From NCBI GenBank assembly GCA_002746565.1, contig PDPI01000023.1, positions 16,037 to 80,036 of the forward strand: a DNA stretch of 64,000 bases, read 5' to 3'. The notes below the pieces were generated by a model. It was not told the origin of the DNA. It searched no databases and was given only the letters and a program-made list of their open reading frames with translations. This document shows, in pieces, positions 39,438 through 49,220 of the stretch (positions within the stretch are counted from its first letter, which is position 1; every line of letters begins with the position of its first letter). Source of the stretch: Pseudomonadota bacterium. Its GTDB lineage: Bacteria > Campylobacterota > Campylobacteria > Campylobacterales > Campylobacteraceae. The position numbers were made by a program, and so were the translations under genes.

Positions 39438-40805
39438 TCAAACAAAAAATTTATTTATCATAATCGCAAGTATGGAAATTGGAACCACGAATCGAATAAG
39501 AAATAACCATATATTAAAAAGTTTTTCTCCCATAAATTCTACGAGTAAGCCTTTAAGTTGTCCCTTATCCATCACAAATCCCACAAAAATACTTATCAAA
39601 ATTCCACCTATTGGCATAAGTATCATGGATGTGAGCTTATCTAGGATGTCAAAAAATCCTGTTCCAAAATATGTAACATACTCTTTTACTCCCTCCACAT
39701 TGGATAAAAGTGCCATTATGCCTAAAACATAAATAACAAAACCAACTATGCTAAGGGATTTTAACCTTGTATATTTTAACTTATTTTCCATAAAAGCTAT
39801 GCTTGGCTCTATCATGGAAATTGCCGAAGTAATTCCCGCAAATGCAAGGGCAATAAATAGCAATAAACTAAGGATATTGCCTAAAATTCCCATATCGCTA
39901 AATAAAGAAGGAAGGGTAACAAATATAAGTCCAGCTCCCTCACTTGGCTTTAGGCCATAGTGAAAGGTAAAGGAAAATATCATAATCCCAGCAATCAAAG
40001 CTATAAGAGTATCAAGACCAGCAACCATCACTGAAGACTTAAATAGATTATCCCTCTCGGGCAAAGCTGAAGCATAAGTCATGATGGTTCCAACACCCAA
40101 ACTAAGGGTAAAAAAGGCTTGACCAACGGCTGCTAAAACAGAATCCGCACTCAATTTTGAAAAATCTGGAACAAATAAAAAGCTTACAGCTTTGCCAAAA
40201 CCATCTAAGCTCATAGCATAGAGCATAAGTCCAAAGAGTATGACAAAAAGCATGGGCATAAGAATGATATTTGCCTTTTCAATTCCTTGTATAAGTCCAC
40301 GGGAAACAATAAAAAACGTCATGGCAAAGGCGATGGTAAAATATATAATCTGATCGCAAGCTTGACTTGTTATCATACCCCCAAACATAGCCCCTGCATC
40401 TTGAGAATTTGTGGGTAAAGTCGAAAATGATACTACTATATATTTTAAAAGCCAACCCATAACGATAGTATAAAAAGAAACTATTAAAACTGGAATAATG
40501 ATAATAAAACCAGCAAATTTCCAAGCCTTTTGTCCACTTGGAGCTAGATCAGTAAAAGCTGATACTGGATCTTTTCTGCTAAGTCTTCCCATGGCAACTT
40601 CTGCTAAAAATAAGGTTACACCAATTCCCAAAATGGTAAGAAGATAAACCATAACAAAGGCACCACCACCATTTGAACCTGTCATGTATGGAAATTTCCA
40701 TACATTTCCCAAACCAACAGCACTTCCGGCGGCTGCTAGTATAAAGCCAACACGACTAAATCTGCCTAATTGCATAATCTTCCTTAATAAAAAAATAAAT
40801 AGCAT
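39438..40805 (-). CDS. sodium-dependent transporter (SNF/NSS family)
   Basis: GFILAAAGSAVGLGNVWKFPY signature. The probable true start is Met11 (nt 40775). Confidence 0.9.
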   Translation of the reverse strand: MLFIFLLRKIMQLGRFSRVGFILAAAGSAVGLGNVWKFPYMTGSNGGGAFVMVYLLTILGIGVTLFLAEVAMGRLSRKDPVSAFTDLAPSGQKAWKFAGFIIIIPVLIVSFYTIVMGWLLKYIVVSFSTLPTNSQDAGAMFGGMITSQACDQIIYFTIAFAMTFFIVSRGLIQGIEKANIILMPMLFVILFGLMLYAMSLDGFGKAVSFLFVPDFSKLSADSVLAAVGQAFFTLSLGVGTIMTYASALPERDNLFKSSVMVAGLDTLIALIAGIMIFSFTFHYGLKPSEGAGLIFVTLPSLFSDMGILGNILSLLLFIALAFAGITSAISMIEPSIAFMENKLKYTRLKSLSIVGFVIYVLGIMALLSNVEGVKEYVTYFGTGFFDILDKLTSMILMPIGGILISIFVGFVMDKGQLKGLLVEFMGEKLFNIWLFLIRFVVPISILAIMINKFFV

Positions 40806-40909
40806 TATACTATTAAATAATAACTTAGATTTTACTTTTTTGGATAATCATTATCCAAATATAAAGAAAAATAAGTTACAATTAGATACAAAAACGCTAA
40901 AGGAAAGTA

Positions 40910-41767
40910 ATGGCAACGGGAATTTTTGTACTATTTGATGATATAGCACTATTGGCTGATGATGTGGCACTAACAGCAAAAATGGCAACTAAGAAAACAG
41001 CGGCTATTTTAGGGGACGATCTGGCTGTAAATGCTGAAAAAGCGACGGGTTTTAGCCAAGATAAGGAACTTAAAGTCATTTGGGCGATAACCAAAGGATC
41101 GCTACTAAATAAGATCATTATCCTACCCTTTACCTTTATTTTAAATTATTTTGCTTCATGGGCGATTTCCATAGCTTTGATATGTGGAGGATTGTACCTT
41201 TTGTATGAGGGGGCTGAAAAGATTTATGAGGTTTTATTTCACAAAAGCGAAGATGAAGAGCATAAAAAGCAGTTGCAAAGTTCCACAAGTCAAAACGTCC
41301 TTGATCTAGAAAAAAAGAAGATAAGAAGCGCTATATTTACGGATTTTATCCTATCTATAGAGATAGTTGTTATAGCATTAAGCTCGGTATCAAGTCAGAG
41401 TTTGCTTGTCCAAATCCTAAGCACATCCTTTGTAGCCCTAATAGCAACGGTTGGAGTTTATGGTCTAGTTGCGCTTATCATAAGGTTGGACAATGTGGGA
41501 TTTTGGTTCATAAAAAAGGGTCACCCAAAAACAGGTCAAGCCTTTGTGGATTTCATGCCCCTTTTAATACGCACTTTAGGCGTCATAGGAACCATAGCCA
41601 TGTTTTTAGTTGGCGGAGGCATTTTAGCTCACAATATAGAATACTTCCACCACTTTTTCATAGCGGGCATACCTAGCATCCTAAATGAACTCCTAATCGG
41701 CATAGTCATAGGAATTTTTGTTTTGGCAATGGTCATGGCGTTTAAAAAACTATTTTTAAAATCATAA
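40910..41767 (+). CDS. DUF808 (YedI-like) inner-membrane protein
   Basis: 285 aa. N-terminal LFDDIALLADDVALTAKMATKKTAAILGDDLAVNAEK is typical of DUF808. Confidence 0.8.
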   Translation: MATGIFVLFDDIALLADDVALTAKMATKKTAAILGDDLAVNAEKATGFSQDKELKVIWAITKGSLLNKIIILPFTFILNYFASWAISIALICGGLYLLYEGAEKIYEVLFHKSEDEEHKKQLQSSTSQNVLDLEKKKIRSAIFTDFILSIEIVVIALSSVSSQSLLVQILSTSFVALIATVGVYGLVALIIRLDNVGFWFIKKGHPKTGQAFVDFMPLLIRTLGVIGTIAMFLVGGGILAHNIEYFHHFFIAGIPSILNELLIGIVIGIFVLAMVMAFKKLFLKS

Positions 41768-41824
41768 ATTTACTAGATCTAATCACCCATACCATTTTTC
41801 AGTTCTCCGTGATCCGAAATCTGA

Positions 41825-41922
41825 GGCACTGATAAAATAACATAAAAATAAATGGCATTTTGAAAAAATGCTTACTCTACTAGTTATCTGTTTTCTGTAA
41901 TCTGTAATCCGTTTTCGGCACT
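41825..41922 (-). repeat. dispersed structured element, copy 6 (short form lacking the 5' arm of H1)
   Basis: The reverse complement reads AGTGCC-GAAAACG GATTACA GATTACA GAAAACA GATAACT, then GCATTTT-TTC-AAAATGC and ATCAGTGCC. Confidence 0.9.
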
Positions 41923-42027
41923 TAATCATAATTTAACCAACATTCATGTAAAATTCTCTCATCAAAGTGATAAGTAGGGATACGCAAGCCGAACGGACTT
42001 TGAGATAAACAAATTTAGGAGGTTTTT

Positions 42028-42351
42028 ATGAAAAAGATTCTTTTTCTTATGCTAGCGCTTGTTGCTAGTGCATTTGCGGGTGAAGCTGCCGCTCTTAACG
42101 TTGCTAGTGAAACACTAGCTGGATATTCTGTACTTGCTGCGGGTATTGGTCTTGGACTTGCTGCACTAGGAGGTGCGATAGGTATGGGAAATACTGCTGC
42201 TGCAACCATAGCTGGAACCGCAAGAAACCCAGGTCTTGGCGGAAAATTAATGACAACCATGTTTATCGCACTTGCGATGATCGAAGCACAGGTTATTTAC
42301 GCGCTTGTAATTGCTCTTATAGCACTTTACGCTAACCCATTTATAGGCTAA
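42028..42351 (+). CDS. atpE: F0F1 ATP synthase subunit c
   Basis: 107 aa hairpin proteolipid with ARNPGLGGKL and the carboxylate helix IALAMIEAQVIYALVIAL. Confidence 0.95.
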   Translation: MKKILFLMLALVASAFAGEAAALNVASETLAGYSVLAAGIGLGLAALGGAIGMGNTAAATIAGTARNPGLGGKLMTTMFIALAMIEAQVIYALVIALIALYANPFIG

Positions 42352-42366
42352 AATTTAAACAAATAA

Positions 42367-42393
42367 GGAGGCTTTTTGAGCCTCCATTTTTCT
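42367..42393 (+). terminator. intrinsic terminator after atpE
   Basis: GGAGGC-(tttttga)-GCCTCC followed by ATTTTTCT. Confidence 0.75.
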
Positions 42394-42400
42394 CAAAAAA

Positions 42401-42486
42401 GCGAACGTGGTGGAACTGGTAGACACGCTATCTTGAGGGGGTAGTGCCTAATCGGTGTGCGGGTTCAAATCCCGCCGTTCGCACCA
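42401..42486 (+). tRNA. tRNA-Leu (anticodon GAG)
   Basis: Acceptor stem GCGAACG/CGTTCGC, anticodon stem CTATC/GGTAG with loop TTGAGGG, a long variable arm, T arm GCGGG-TTCAAAT-CCCGC, and an encoded CCA. Confidence 0.9.
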
Positions 42487-42854
42487 AACGGAGTACTGGG
42501 TGCCGATTACGAAATGCGGATTTAGATCTAGGGTTATTGGTTTTCTTCTTTTCTTTCTTTTTCTCGTTTTTCATCGGCTTTTTTGGCTATCTCATAAACA
42601 CTTTTATCTGAAAAATCAATACCACATTTTTTGGAAATATTGACTTTATTGAGAGCTTCAAGTTCTCCTTTTAGCCTCGAATATTCAGCCGCTTCTACAC
42701 CATCTCCGCCCTCTAATAAAAAAAATTGGTCAAAACAAAACTAAAACACTAATTAATAAAACAAAATTTAGCAACACGCCCAACTATCCCACATAAAAGA
42801 CAATTTTAATAATCTATTAGATAGAATAAACGATTAAAAATCAGGATAAAATAA

Positions 42855-43583
42855 ATGATTCTTTATGATAAAAATTCCAATCTTGTAGGCATTAGTGAGG
42901 ATACTCTTGGTTTTCTAGGATATGAAGATATGGAAGACTTTAAGACCTATGCTAGTGATGTTGCTGAACTATTTGTAAAAAAACCAAAATACATTTACAA
43001 ATTTGATGATTTCTCGTGGATAGAATACGTAATGCATGGCGGGGCATCTAAAAAAAATGCTATTTTAAGACTAAAAAATGGACAAGAAATAGAAGTTAGG
43101 GTGTTTGTTAAAAAAATATCCCTAAAAAATCCATCTAGCGATCTAGATTGTATGTATATGGTTTATTTGAAAAAGGATGAAGATTTTAAAAACCCAAAAA
43201 TAGAAGCTAGTACGATAAATACACCTACCGATCTCAAAAAAGATCAAGGCAGTAAAGATCTAGATCTATTTAAAAGTGCAGAGGCTTTGGGCTTAAAAAA
43301 CAAACAAATCCTAAAATTAATGGAAGAATATGTGGAATATATTGAAAACACTAGCCATTTGTTATTAGATGCTATTAAAACAAAAAATATAAAAGACATA
43401 AAAAATATCAGCATTCGTTTAAATTCCGTTGCTAAAATCTTTCAACTAAACGAACTGAGCAAAAGCTTATCGAGATTGTACAATTTAGACATTGATGATC
43501 TAGATTTGCTGTTTTCCCAATATCAACAAAATATAGCAAATATAAAAGATAGTATAAGGAAATATTATGAAACTAGGGCTTAA
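42855..43583 (+). CDS. PAS-like N-terminal domain protein with a degenerate HPt-like C-terminal helical domain
   Basis: 242 aa. The assignment comes from pattern only. The C-terminal four-helix-like region reads IRLNS where HPt proteins have HxLKG. Overlaps the downstream kinase gene by 17 nt. Confidence 0.5.
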   Translation: MILYDKNSNLVGISEDTLGFLGYEDMEDFKTYASDVAELFVKKPKYIYKFDDFSWIEYVMHGGASKKNAILRLKNGQEIEVRVFVKKISLKNPSSDLDCMYMVYLKKDEDFKNPKIEASTINTPTDLKKDQGSKDLDLFKSAEALGLKNKQILKLMEEYVEYIENTSHLLLDAIKTKNIKDIKNISIRLNSVAKIFQLNELSKSLSRLYNLDIDDLDLLFSQYQQNIANIKDSIRKYYETRA

Positions 43584-46182
43584 AACTAAAAATACACTAA
43601 AACTAATCAGCCAATTACCCCTTATAATATTATTTGTCGCCTCTTGTTGCACTCTATATATCTCGTTCGATCAATACAAAAGTGCAAATAAACTAAAAAA
43701 ACAAATATCAAATACAAAAATTTTAAATAATCTAGCCATAAATATGGGAAACGAACTTGAAATTGGCTCCATATACCTAAATAGCAAGGGGGAAATGAAT
43801 CAAAATATCATCAATAAACAATATGCACTAACAAATAAATCCATAGAAGATTTTAAATCAGCCTTTAACACATCTGAACATAAAAAATTATTGAAAAAAA
43901 TAGGGCTTAAACTAGAAAAACTAGAAGAAAATAGGATTAAAATTTTATCAACCGATCCTGATTTTAGAAGAGAATTATTTGAATATTATGCTTCCATAAA
44001 CCAAATCATTTTAGATCATATAAAAGATTTAAAAATCCGTAGCTTTAACCAGGATCTAACTCTTTTGGGGAAATCTTTGCTGATGGCGTATGAAAATATA
44101 GAATATTTAGGGCAAGAGAGATATTTAATATTGCAAATGCTAATCAAGGGCAAAAAATTAAATAAAAATGAAACTCTAAAATGGCTAAATGTATTGGAAA
44201 AAACAAAATCTTTCAATTTGGATTATTTACCACATGGCTCGACTCAAAAAAGCATAAAGCATATCTTAGATCAAGAAAAAAATAAAATGATATTTGAAAA
44301 TGTAAAAAGCATAAAATCAGATCTTACCTTATCCATTTCAAATGGCAATCCTCAAACCAAACCAAACCAGTGGTTTTTGCTAATGAATGATAAAATAAAT
44401 ATTTTCAAGACAATAGCAGATAAAATACAAAAGGATTTAAACGCTCAAATAGATAAATATAATTTCATGCTAATATTGATATTTATCGCAGCATCTATAC
44501 TTTGTTTTTTGTCGCTAATACTAATGCTCATTGGCTTTTCGCTATCTAAACAAAATGCAAAAAATATAACAAAATTAGAACAAATATTTAAAGCCACAAA
44601 AAGCCAAGAAAAGCTAGATCTACAAAGTCTAGATGGTACCAATAAAGCGTACAATATCATCCACCAAAGCATTGAAAATATGGAAGAAGATAAAAGAGTA
44701 GCCCAAAGAGAGGATGCTGCTAAAAGTTTATTTTTAGCAAATATCTCCCACGGAATTAGAACTCCACTAAATGGAATCATAGGTTTTACCGAACTGCTAA
44801 AGGGTACGGATATCCAAGGGGAAAAACTAGAATTTGTTGAAATTATAGAAAAAAGCTCCGAAGATTTATTGAAAGTTTTAAATGAAGTTCTTGATTTATC
44901 CAAAATACAAAGCAATAAAACTAAAACCGAAAATATGCTCTTTTCGCCAATGGAAGAATTTGAAAATGCAGTTGAATTATATGGACCAAAGGCGGCAGAA
45001 AAAAATATAAGATTAAATTTCTTTATGGATCCTAGTCTATCAAATAAACTAATAGGAGATCTAGCAAAAGTAAAAGAAGTAATCATAAATTTACTTAGTA
45101 ATGCCGTAAAATTTACCCCCGAAAATGGAAATATAGATGTTAATATAAAACGAATCGGACATTGCCCAACAACAGCAAAGGTTTATTTTAGCGTTGAAGA
45201 TAATGGCATAGGTATTCAAAATGAAAAGCTTAATCAGATTTTTGATCCCTTCTCCCAAGAGGATGATACCATAGCAAAAAAATACGGCGGAACTGGTCTT
45301 GGACTTAGTATCTCATCTGAACTTGTAAGTTTAATGGGAGGTAAGTTGGAAGTATCTTCCAAGAAAGGACAGGGAAGCAAATTTTTCTTTACCTTAAAAT
45401 TTGAAGAAGTAAGTAGCGACAAAGCGGAGGAGAAAAACCCTTATTTAGACTATCAAGCCTTGATATTTTCTAAAGATGAAAATGATTTGAAATATATAAA
45501 TTTGATGAAGGATTATTTGGGTTATTTTAACATACAAACAAATGTATATGAAAATTTAGATCAACTTGAAAAATATATAAAAAATGGATTTGGAAATATT
45601 TTATTTTTAAATTTTGATTTATTGGGTGAAGAAAAATGCAAAAAATATGCCAAAATGCAGATCCCATCCATACTCATAATCAAACCAACATATCAAAATA
45701 GACTTGAAGAATTTAATACAAAATACATAACACCCGTCTTTGAACCTTTAAATGCAACTAAACTAATAAAAGCTTTAGATAAACATAAAAAATTAATTTC
45801 ATCTGTTACAATCCCATCCCCCACAAAAGAACAAAAAGATATTTTGATCTTCAAAAAAAGTCCCATAGAAAGTAAAATATTTACTATTCTAGCTAAAAAA
45901 CTTGATCTAAATAGTGATTGCTCCCAAGACCTAAATGACTTTATGAGCAAAATAAAAAATGAAAAATATTCTATAATTTTATTTGATTATGAGATAGAAA
46001 ATATAGATCTAGATGCAGTATCAAAGCAAATCAAAATAAGCCAAAACCAGGGGACAACCTCCATTTTATTTGCAGATACTCTTAGCACGATAGAGCCCAA
46101 GATCGACTATAAATTTACCAAAATCATACAAGAGCCCATAGATAAAATCAAGCTAGAGAATATAATAAAAGAATATATTTAA
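43567..46182 (+). CDS. membrane sensor histidine kinase with a large N-terminal sensor domain and two degenerate receiver-like C-terminal modules
   Basis: 871 aa with 2 TM segments, H-box ISHGIRTPLNGIIGF, N-box LLSNAVKFT, G1 DNGIGI and G2 GGTGLGLSI. The C-terminal ~250 aa have receiver-like beta-alpha periodicity. Confidence 0.85.
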   Translation: MKLGLKTKNTLKLISQLPLIILFVASCCTLYISFDQYKSANKLKKQISNTKILNNLAINMGNELEIGSIYLNSKGEMNQNIINKQYALTNKSIEDFKSAFNTSEHKKLLKKIGLKLEKLEENRIKILSTDPDFRRELFEYYASINQIILDHIKDLKIRSFNQDLTLLGKSLLMAYENIEYLGQERYLILQMLIKGKKLNKNETLKWLNVLEKTKSFNLDYLPHGSTQKSIKHILDQEKNKMIFENVKSIKSDLTLSISNGNPQTKPNQWFLLMNDKINIFKTIADKIQKDLNAQIDKYNFMLILIFIAASILCFLSLILMLIGFSLSKQNAKNITKLEQIFKATKSQEKLDLQSLDGTNKAYNIIHQSIENMEEDKRVAQREDAAKSLFLANISHGIRTPLNGIIGFTELLKGTDIQGEKLEFVEIIEKSSEDLLKVLNEVLDLSKIQSNKTKTENMLFSPMEEFENAVELYGPKAAEKNIRLNFFMDPSLSNKLIGDLAKVKEVIINLLSNAVKFTPENGNIDVNIKRIGHCPTTAKVYFSVEDNGIGIQNEKLNQIFDPFSQEDDTIAKKYGGTGLGLSISSELVSLMGGKLEVSSKKGQGSKFFFTLKFEEVSSDKAEEKNPYLDYQALIFSKDENDLKYINLMKDYLGYFNIQTNVYENLDQLEKYIKNGFGNILFLNFDLLGEEKCKKYAKMQIPSILIIKPTYQNRLEEFNTKYITPVFEPLNATKLIKALDKHKKLISSVTIPSPTKEQKDILIFKKSPIESKIFTILAKKLDLNSDCSQDLNDFMSKIKNEKYSIILFDYEIENIDLDAVSKQIKISQNQGTTSILFADTLSTIEPKIDYKFTKIIQEPIDKIKLENIIKEYI

Positions 46183-46787
46183 ATTACCTTAGATATGCTT
46201 TGATATAAACAAAGTATATCTTCCTTTTTTTCTATGAAGCTGTTTTTGTTTGCTATTAGGTGGGCTGATGAACTCATAATATCCTCAACCACACTCAAAC
46301 CATTTTGCTTCATAGTCGCTCCCGTTTCAACTATATCGACTATGGCATCGCAAAGATTAACCAGGGGGGCTAATTCTATGGATCCATACAATTTTATAAC
46401 CTTAACAGCAATTGCCTTGTTTAGAAAATAATTTCTTGTTATATTTTCCATCTTACTAGCAATGACCATATCGGGTTTATTATAGTCTAATTTATCCCCA
46501 TTTTTAACCCCTATACTAACCTTGCACTTGCCTATTCCTAGATCAAGAAGTTTAACTATATCCAGATTTTGCTCCTCTAAAACATCAAGTCCAACTATAC
46601 CTAGATCTGCAGCTTGATGTAAAACATAAACAGGAACATCTTGATTTCTAACAAGCAAAAATTTAAAAGGCTTTTCTTCGAGTATGAGTTTTCTATCTTC
46701 AAAAACAAACTTTTTATTAAAAATTTTCTCAAAGATCTTTAAGCTATCCTCCCCAATACGCCCCTTAGGCAAGGCAATTGTTAACAT
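46179..46787 (-). CDS. hisG: ATP phosphoribosyltransferase, short (HisZ-dependent) form
   Basis: 202 aa starting LTIALPKGR, with the DIVETGATM motif. Confidence 0.9.
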   Translation of the reverse strand: MLTIALPKGRIGEDSLKIFEKIFNKKFVFEDRKLILEEKPFKFLLVRNQDVPVYVLHQAADLGIVGLDVLEEQNLDIVKLLDLGIGKCKVSIGVKNGDKLDYNKPDMVIASKMENITRNYFLNKAIAVKVIKLYGSIELAPLVNLCDAIVDIVETGATMKQNGLSVVEDIMSSSAHLIANKNSFIEKKEDILCLYQSISKVI

Positions 46788-46802
46788 AATTTTCCTTATT
46801 TT

Positions 46803-47432
46803 TTAACTACTAATTATCTCTTTTACCAATTGTTTCATTCCATCAAAAACAAGACCCCTTTTATAGATGGATTTAGGAAAAAAGCGAGACAAAAAAGCCC
46901 CATCTCCACCAGTAAAAAAAATCTTCTCATCCTTACAAATATCATTTATACTCAACAAAATAGGCTTGATAACCCCATAACTTACGGCACTTCTTGTGTC
47001 CATAGGCAAGGCATCTAAATCCATATTTGTTTTTAGATCAACGTTTAAGGAAGGAGAAATCTTCGCAAAAGTATCCAACAGGGCAGAAATACCTGGCAAA
47101 ATAAACCCGCCAGCATGCCTCCCCCCACTCATAAGATCAATCGTTATGGCAGTGCCAGCATCTATGATCACCCCATCTTGAATGCTATAACAAGCACAGA
47201 TTCTATCTATACCCATCCCCTTATAATCCGTATCAAAATCAAAATGGGGTCCTAGATCAACAAAATTTCTTTTATCTTTTAAAATTTCTTCCATGGAAGA
47301 ATTTACATTGATGTAAAAAACCCTCTCCCTAGCCTTAAAAGTCCCCAATTCAAAGGCTCGAATAGACCAGATCTTACCATCTTTATACAAGGTGGCATTA
47401 GTATTTCCCACATCGCAAAAATACATACTCAA
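46803..47432 (-). CDS. coaX: type III pantothenate kinase
   Basis: 209 aa with the N-terminal DVGNTN phosphate-1 motif and IDAGTA. Confidence 0.85.
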   Translation of the reverse strand: MSMYFCDVGNTNATLYKDGKIWSIRAFELGTFKARERVFYINVNSSMEEILKDKRNFVDLGPHFDFDTDYKGMGIDRICACYSIQDGVIIDAGTAITIDLMSGGRHAGGFILPGISALLDTFAKISPSLNVDLKTNMDLDALPMDTRSAVSYGVIKPILLSINDICKDEKIFFTGGDGAFLSRFFPKSIYKRGLVFDGMKQLVKEIISS

Positions 47433-47465
47433 TAAACCTAAACGATTCTTGTCTGCGATAAAAAT

Positions 47466-48467
47466 TTATTTACTATGCAATTTAATTACATTATCATCAT
47501 AAAAGATTGTATCATTTGACATAAAAATAGGTTTTTCCACCTCATCGGGAAGTTCATAAACTTTTATATTTTCCAAATCTTTATCAGACTCTATTAGATG
47601 ACCTTTTTTCTCCATAAAATACAAACCATCTTCTTCCATGGCAGAAAGCAAGATAGCAAATGGAAATTTATGCTCTTTTTTGATTTTTAAATTTTTATCC
47701 AAAATCATAACACGACCATCTTGGGCTAAAACAAGTAAGCTATCATCAAAAACAAGCAAATCTTTTATCTTTTCATCAAAAAAGTAAGTATCGCTAGGAG
47801 CTATGGATATAACCCTCCTAGCAGTCGCTGCTACTAGTTGGTTATTGAATACATCTAGATAAATCACATTATTGAAAAAAGGATTACTGCTTATGACGAT
47901 GTCCCTAATCATTTTCCCATTTTTCCAATCAACTATAACAAGCTTTCCATCCAATGTTGGAAAAATAACAAGGGAATTTAAAAAATAAGGCGCCGCAACC
48001 CTAGCATCCACAGCATAAGCTAGATCTTGTCTATTTACAAAATAAAAATTACCACTTTTCATATCCATTATAAATAAACTATTGCTAGAATCAATACCAG
48101 CTAGTACATCACCATTTACAGATGCTGAAACTATGCTTTTTGGAAATTTTTTCTCATACTGAACTTGGCCGCTTTTATCTAAAACTTTTAAGCCTCCTTG
48201 ATTATCAAGGGCGATGTATCTATCATCAAATTCTCCAAAATAATTAAATCCATCCTCTAGTTTTATACCTTGCAAACCCTCCTTGCTTATAAACTGACCA
48301 TTTGATAGGGTAGCACCATACCTAGATAGTTCAACCATGGGTGAGGGCAAAGAGCCTGTATATACCACATCTGCAGAAATCTTTTCTGGCTCAAAATACT
48401 GGCGCTTTGTACCGCAACCAGTAAAAACAAAAACTAGCGTAAGTAAACCAATGTAAATCTTTTTCAT
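47466..48467 (-). CDS. beta-propeller (PQQ-like repeat) lipoprotein, BamB-like
   Basis: 333 aa with lipobox VFTGC and repeated beta-strand blades. It follows a YfgM-like gene, matching the enterobacterial yfgM-bamB arrangement. Confidence 0.6.
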   Translation of the reverse strand: MKKIYIGLLTLVFVFTGCGTKRQYFEPEKISADVVYTGSLPSPMVELSRYGATLSNGQFISKEGLQGIKLEDGFNYFGEFDDRYIALDNQGGLKVLDKSGQVQYEKKFPKSIVSASVNGDVLAGIDSSNSLFIMDMKSGNFYFVNRQDLAYAVDARVAAPYFLNSLVIFPTLDGKLVIVDWKNGKMIRDIVISSNPFFNNVIYLDVFNNQLVAATARRVISIAPSDTYFFDEKIKDLLVFDDSLLVLAQDGRVMILDKNLKIKKEHKFPFAILLSAMEEDGLYFMEKKGHLIESDKDLENIKVYELPDEVEKPIFMSNDTIFYDDNVIKLHSK

Positions 48468-49048
48468 TATTTCATACCTTGATAGTGATTTAATTTTTTA
48501 ACAATTTCTTGCAAATTTGAATTTAGAGGGATACTTCCAAAAACTTTTTTAGCTTCAGCCACCTTTCCATCTTTTAAAAGTTTGTAACCATCTAGTAAGA
48601 TCTGGATATTTTTGAAAGTCTCAGAATTCCCATCATTTAGTTCAAACTTTACAATATCTTTTAAAAAAGGATCTAAAGAAGAGTTAAGCAAATTTCTCAA
48701 TTGCGCCTCATCCTTATTTTTACTAGCTTCTTTAAATAAGAAAACTTCATATAGGGGTTTATTTTTATTTTTCAAAAGCTCTAGTGCATTTTTATCGCCT
48801 GGATTTTTGAGCAAAAGCTCATAGGCTTCATTGGTACTATCTAAACGTCTTTTTTCAAGTACATCATTGATATAAAAACCCGAAATCAAAATCACAAGCA
48901 ACACAAAGGCACCGATGATTATAAATTTGTATTTTTTAAAAAATCTCTCACCCTTAATTAGGCTTTCAATAAACTGCTCTTCAACGCCTATTTCCTCTTT
49001 AATAGCGCGTAAATCTTCTTTTATAGCCAAATGACATCCTTTGATCAA
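48467..49048 (-). CDS. single-pass membrane protein with a helical periplasmic domain (YfgM-like)
   Basis: 193 aa with one TM segment (IIIGAFVLLVILISGFYI) and a helical C-terminus. Its stop overlaps the next gene's start by 1 nt. Confidence 0.5.
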   Translation of the reverse strand: MIKGCHLAIKEDLRAIKEEIGVEEQFIESLIKGERFFKKYKFIIIGAFVLLVILISGFYINDVLEKRRLDSTNEAYELLLKNPGDKNALELLKNKNKPLYEVFLFKEASKNKDEAQLRNLLNSSLDPFLKDIVKFELNDGNSETFKNIQILLDGYKLLKDGKVAEAKKVFGSIPLNSNLQEIVKKLNHYQGMK

Positions 49049-49220
49049 TTTATATTTTATGAAGGTGAGATTATATCACATTAAAAATTAAAAGCCACCT
49101 AAAAGCTTCAAAAATAATGATATTTTTAACCCAAAAACATAAAATATATTCTACAAATAAAGCTTTTTTATGATAATTTTGCTATAATTACAAGAATATT
49201 TTGATTTTAGGAAAATTTAT

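Noticed and set aside
42455-42643. 62-aa ORF beginning inside tRNA-Leu.
   Set aside because: It starts within the T arm of a well-formed tRNA, and it has no RBS and a low-complexity sequence.
42401-42854. Prophage or genomic island integrated at tRNA-Leu.
   Set aside because: No integrase, excisionase or phage genes are present, and no duplicated tRNA 3' end is visible. Only a short start-less frame remains, and it is reported as a low-interest finding.
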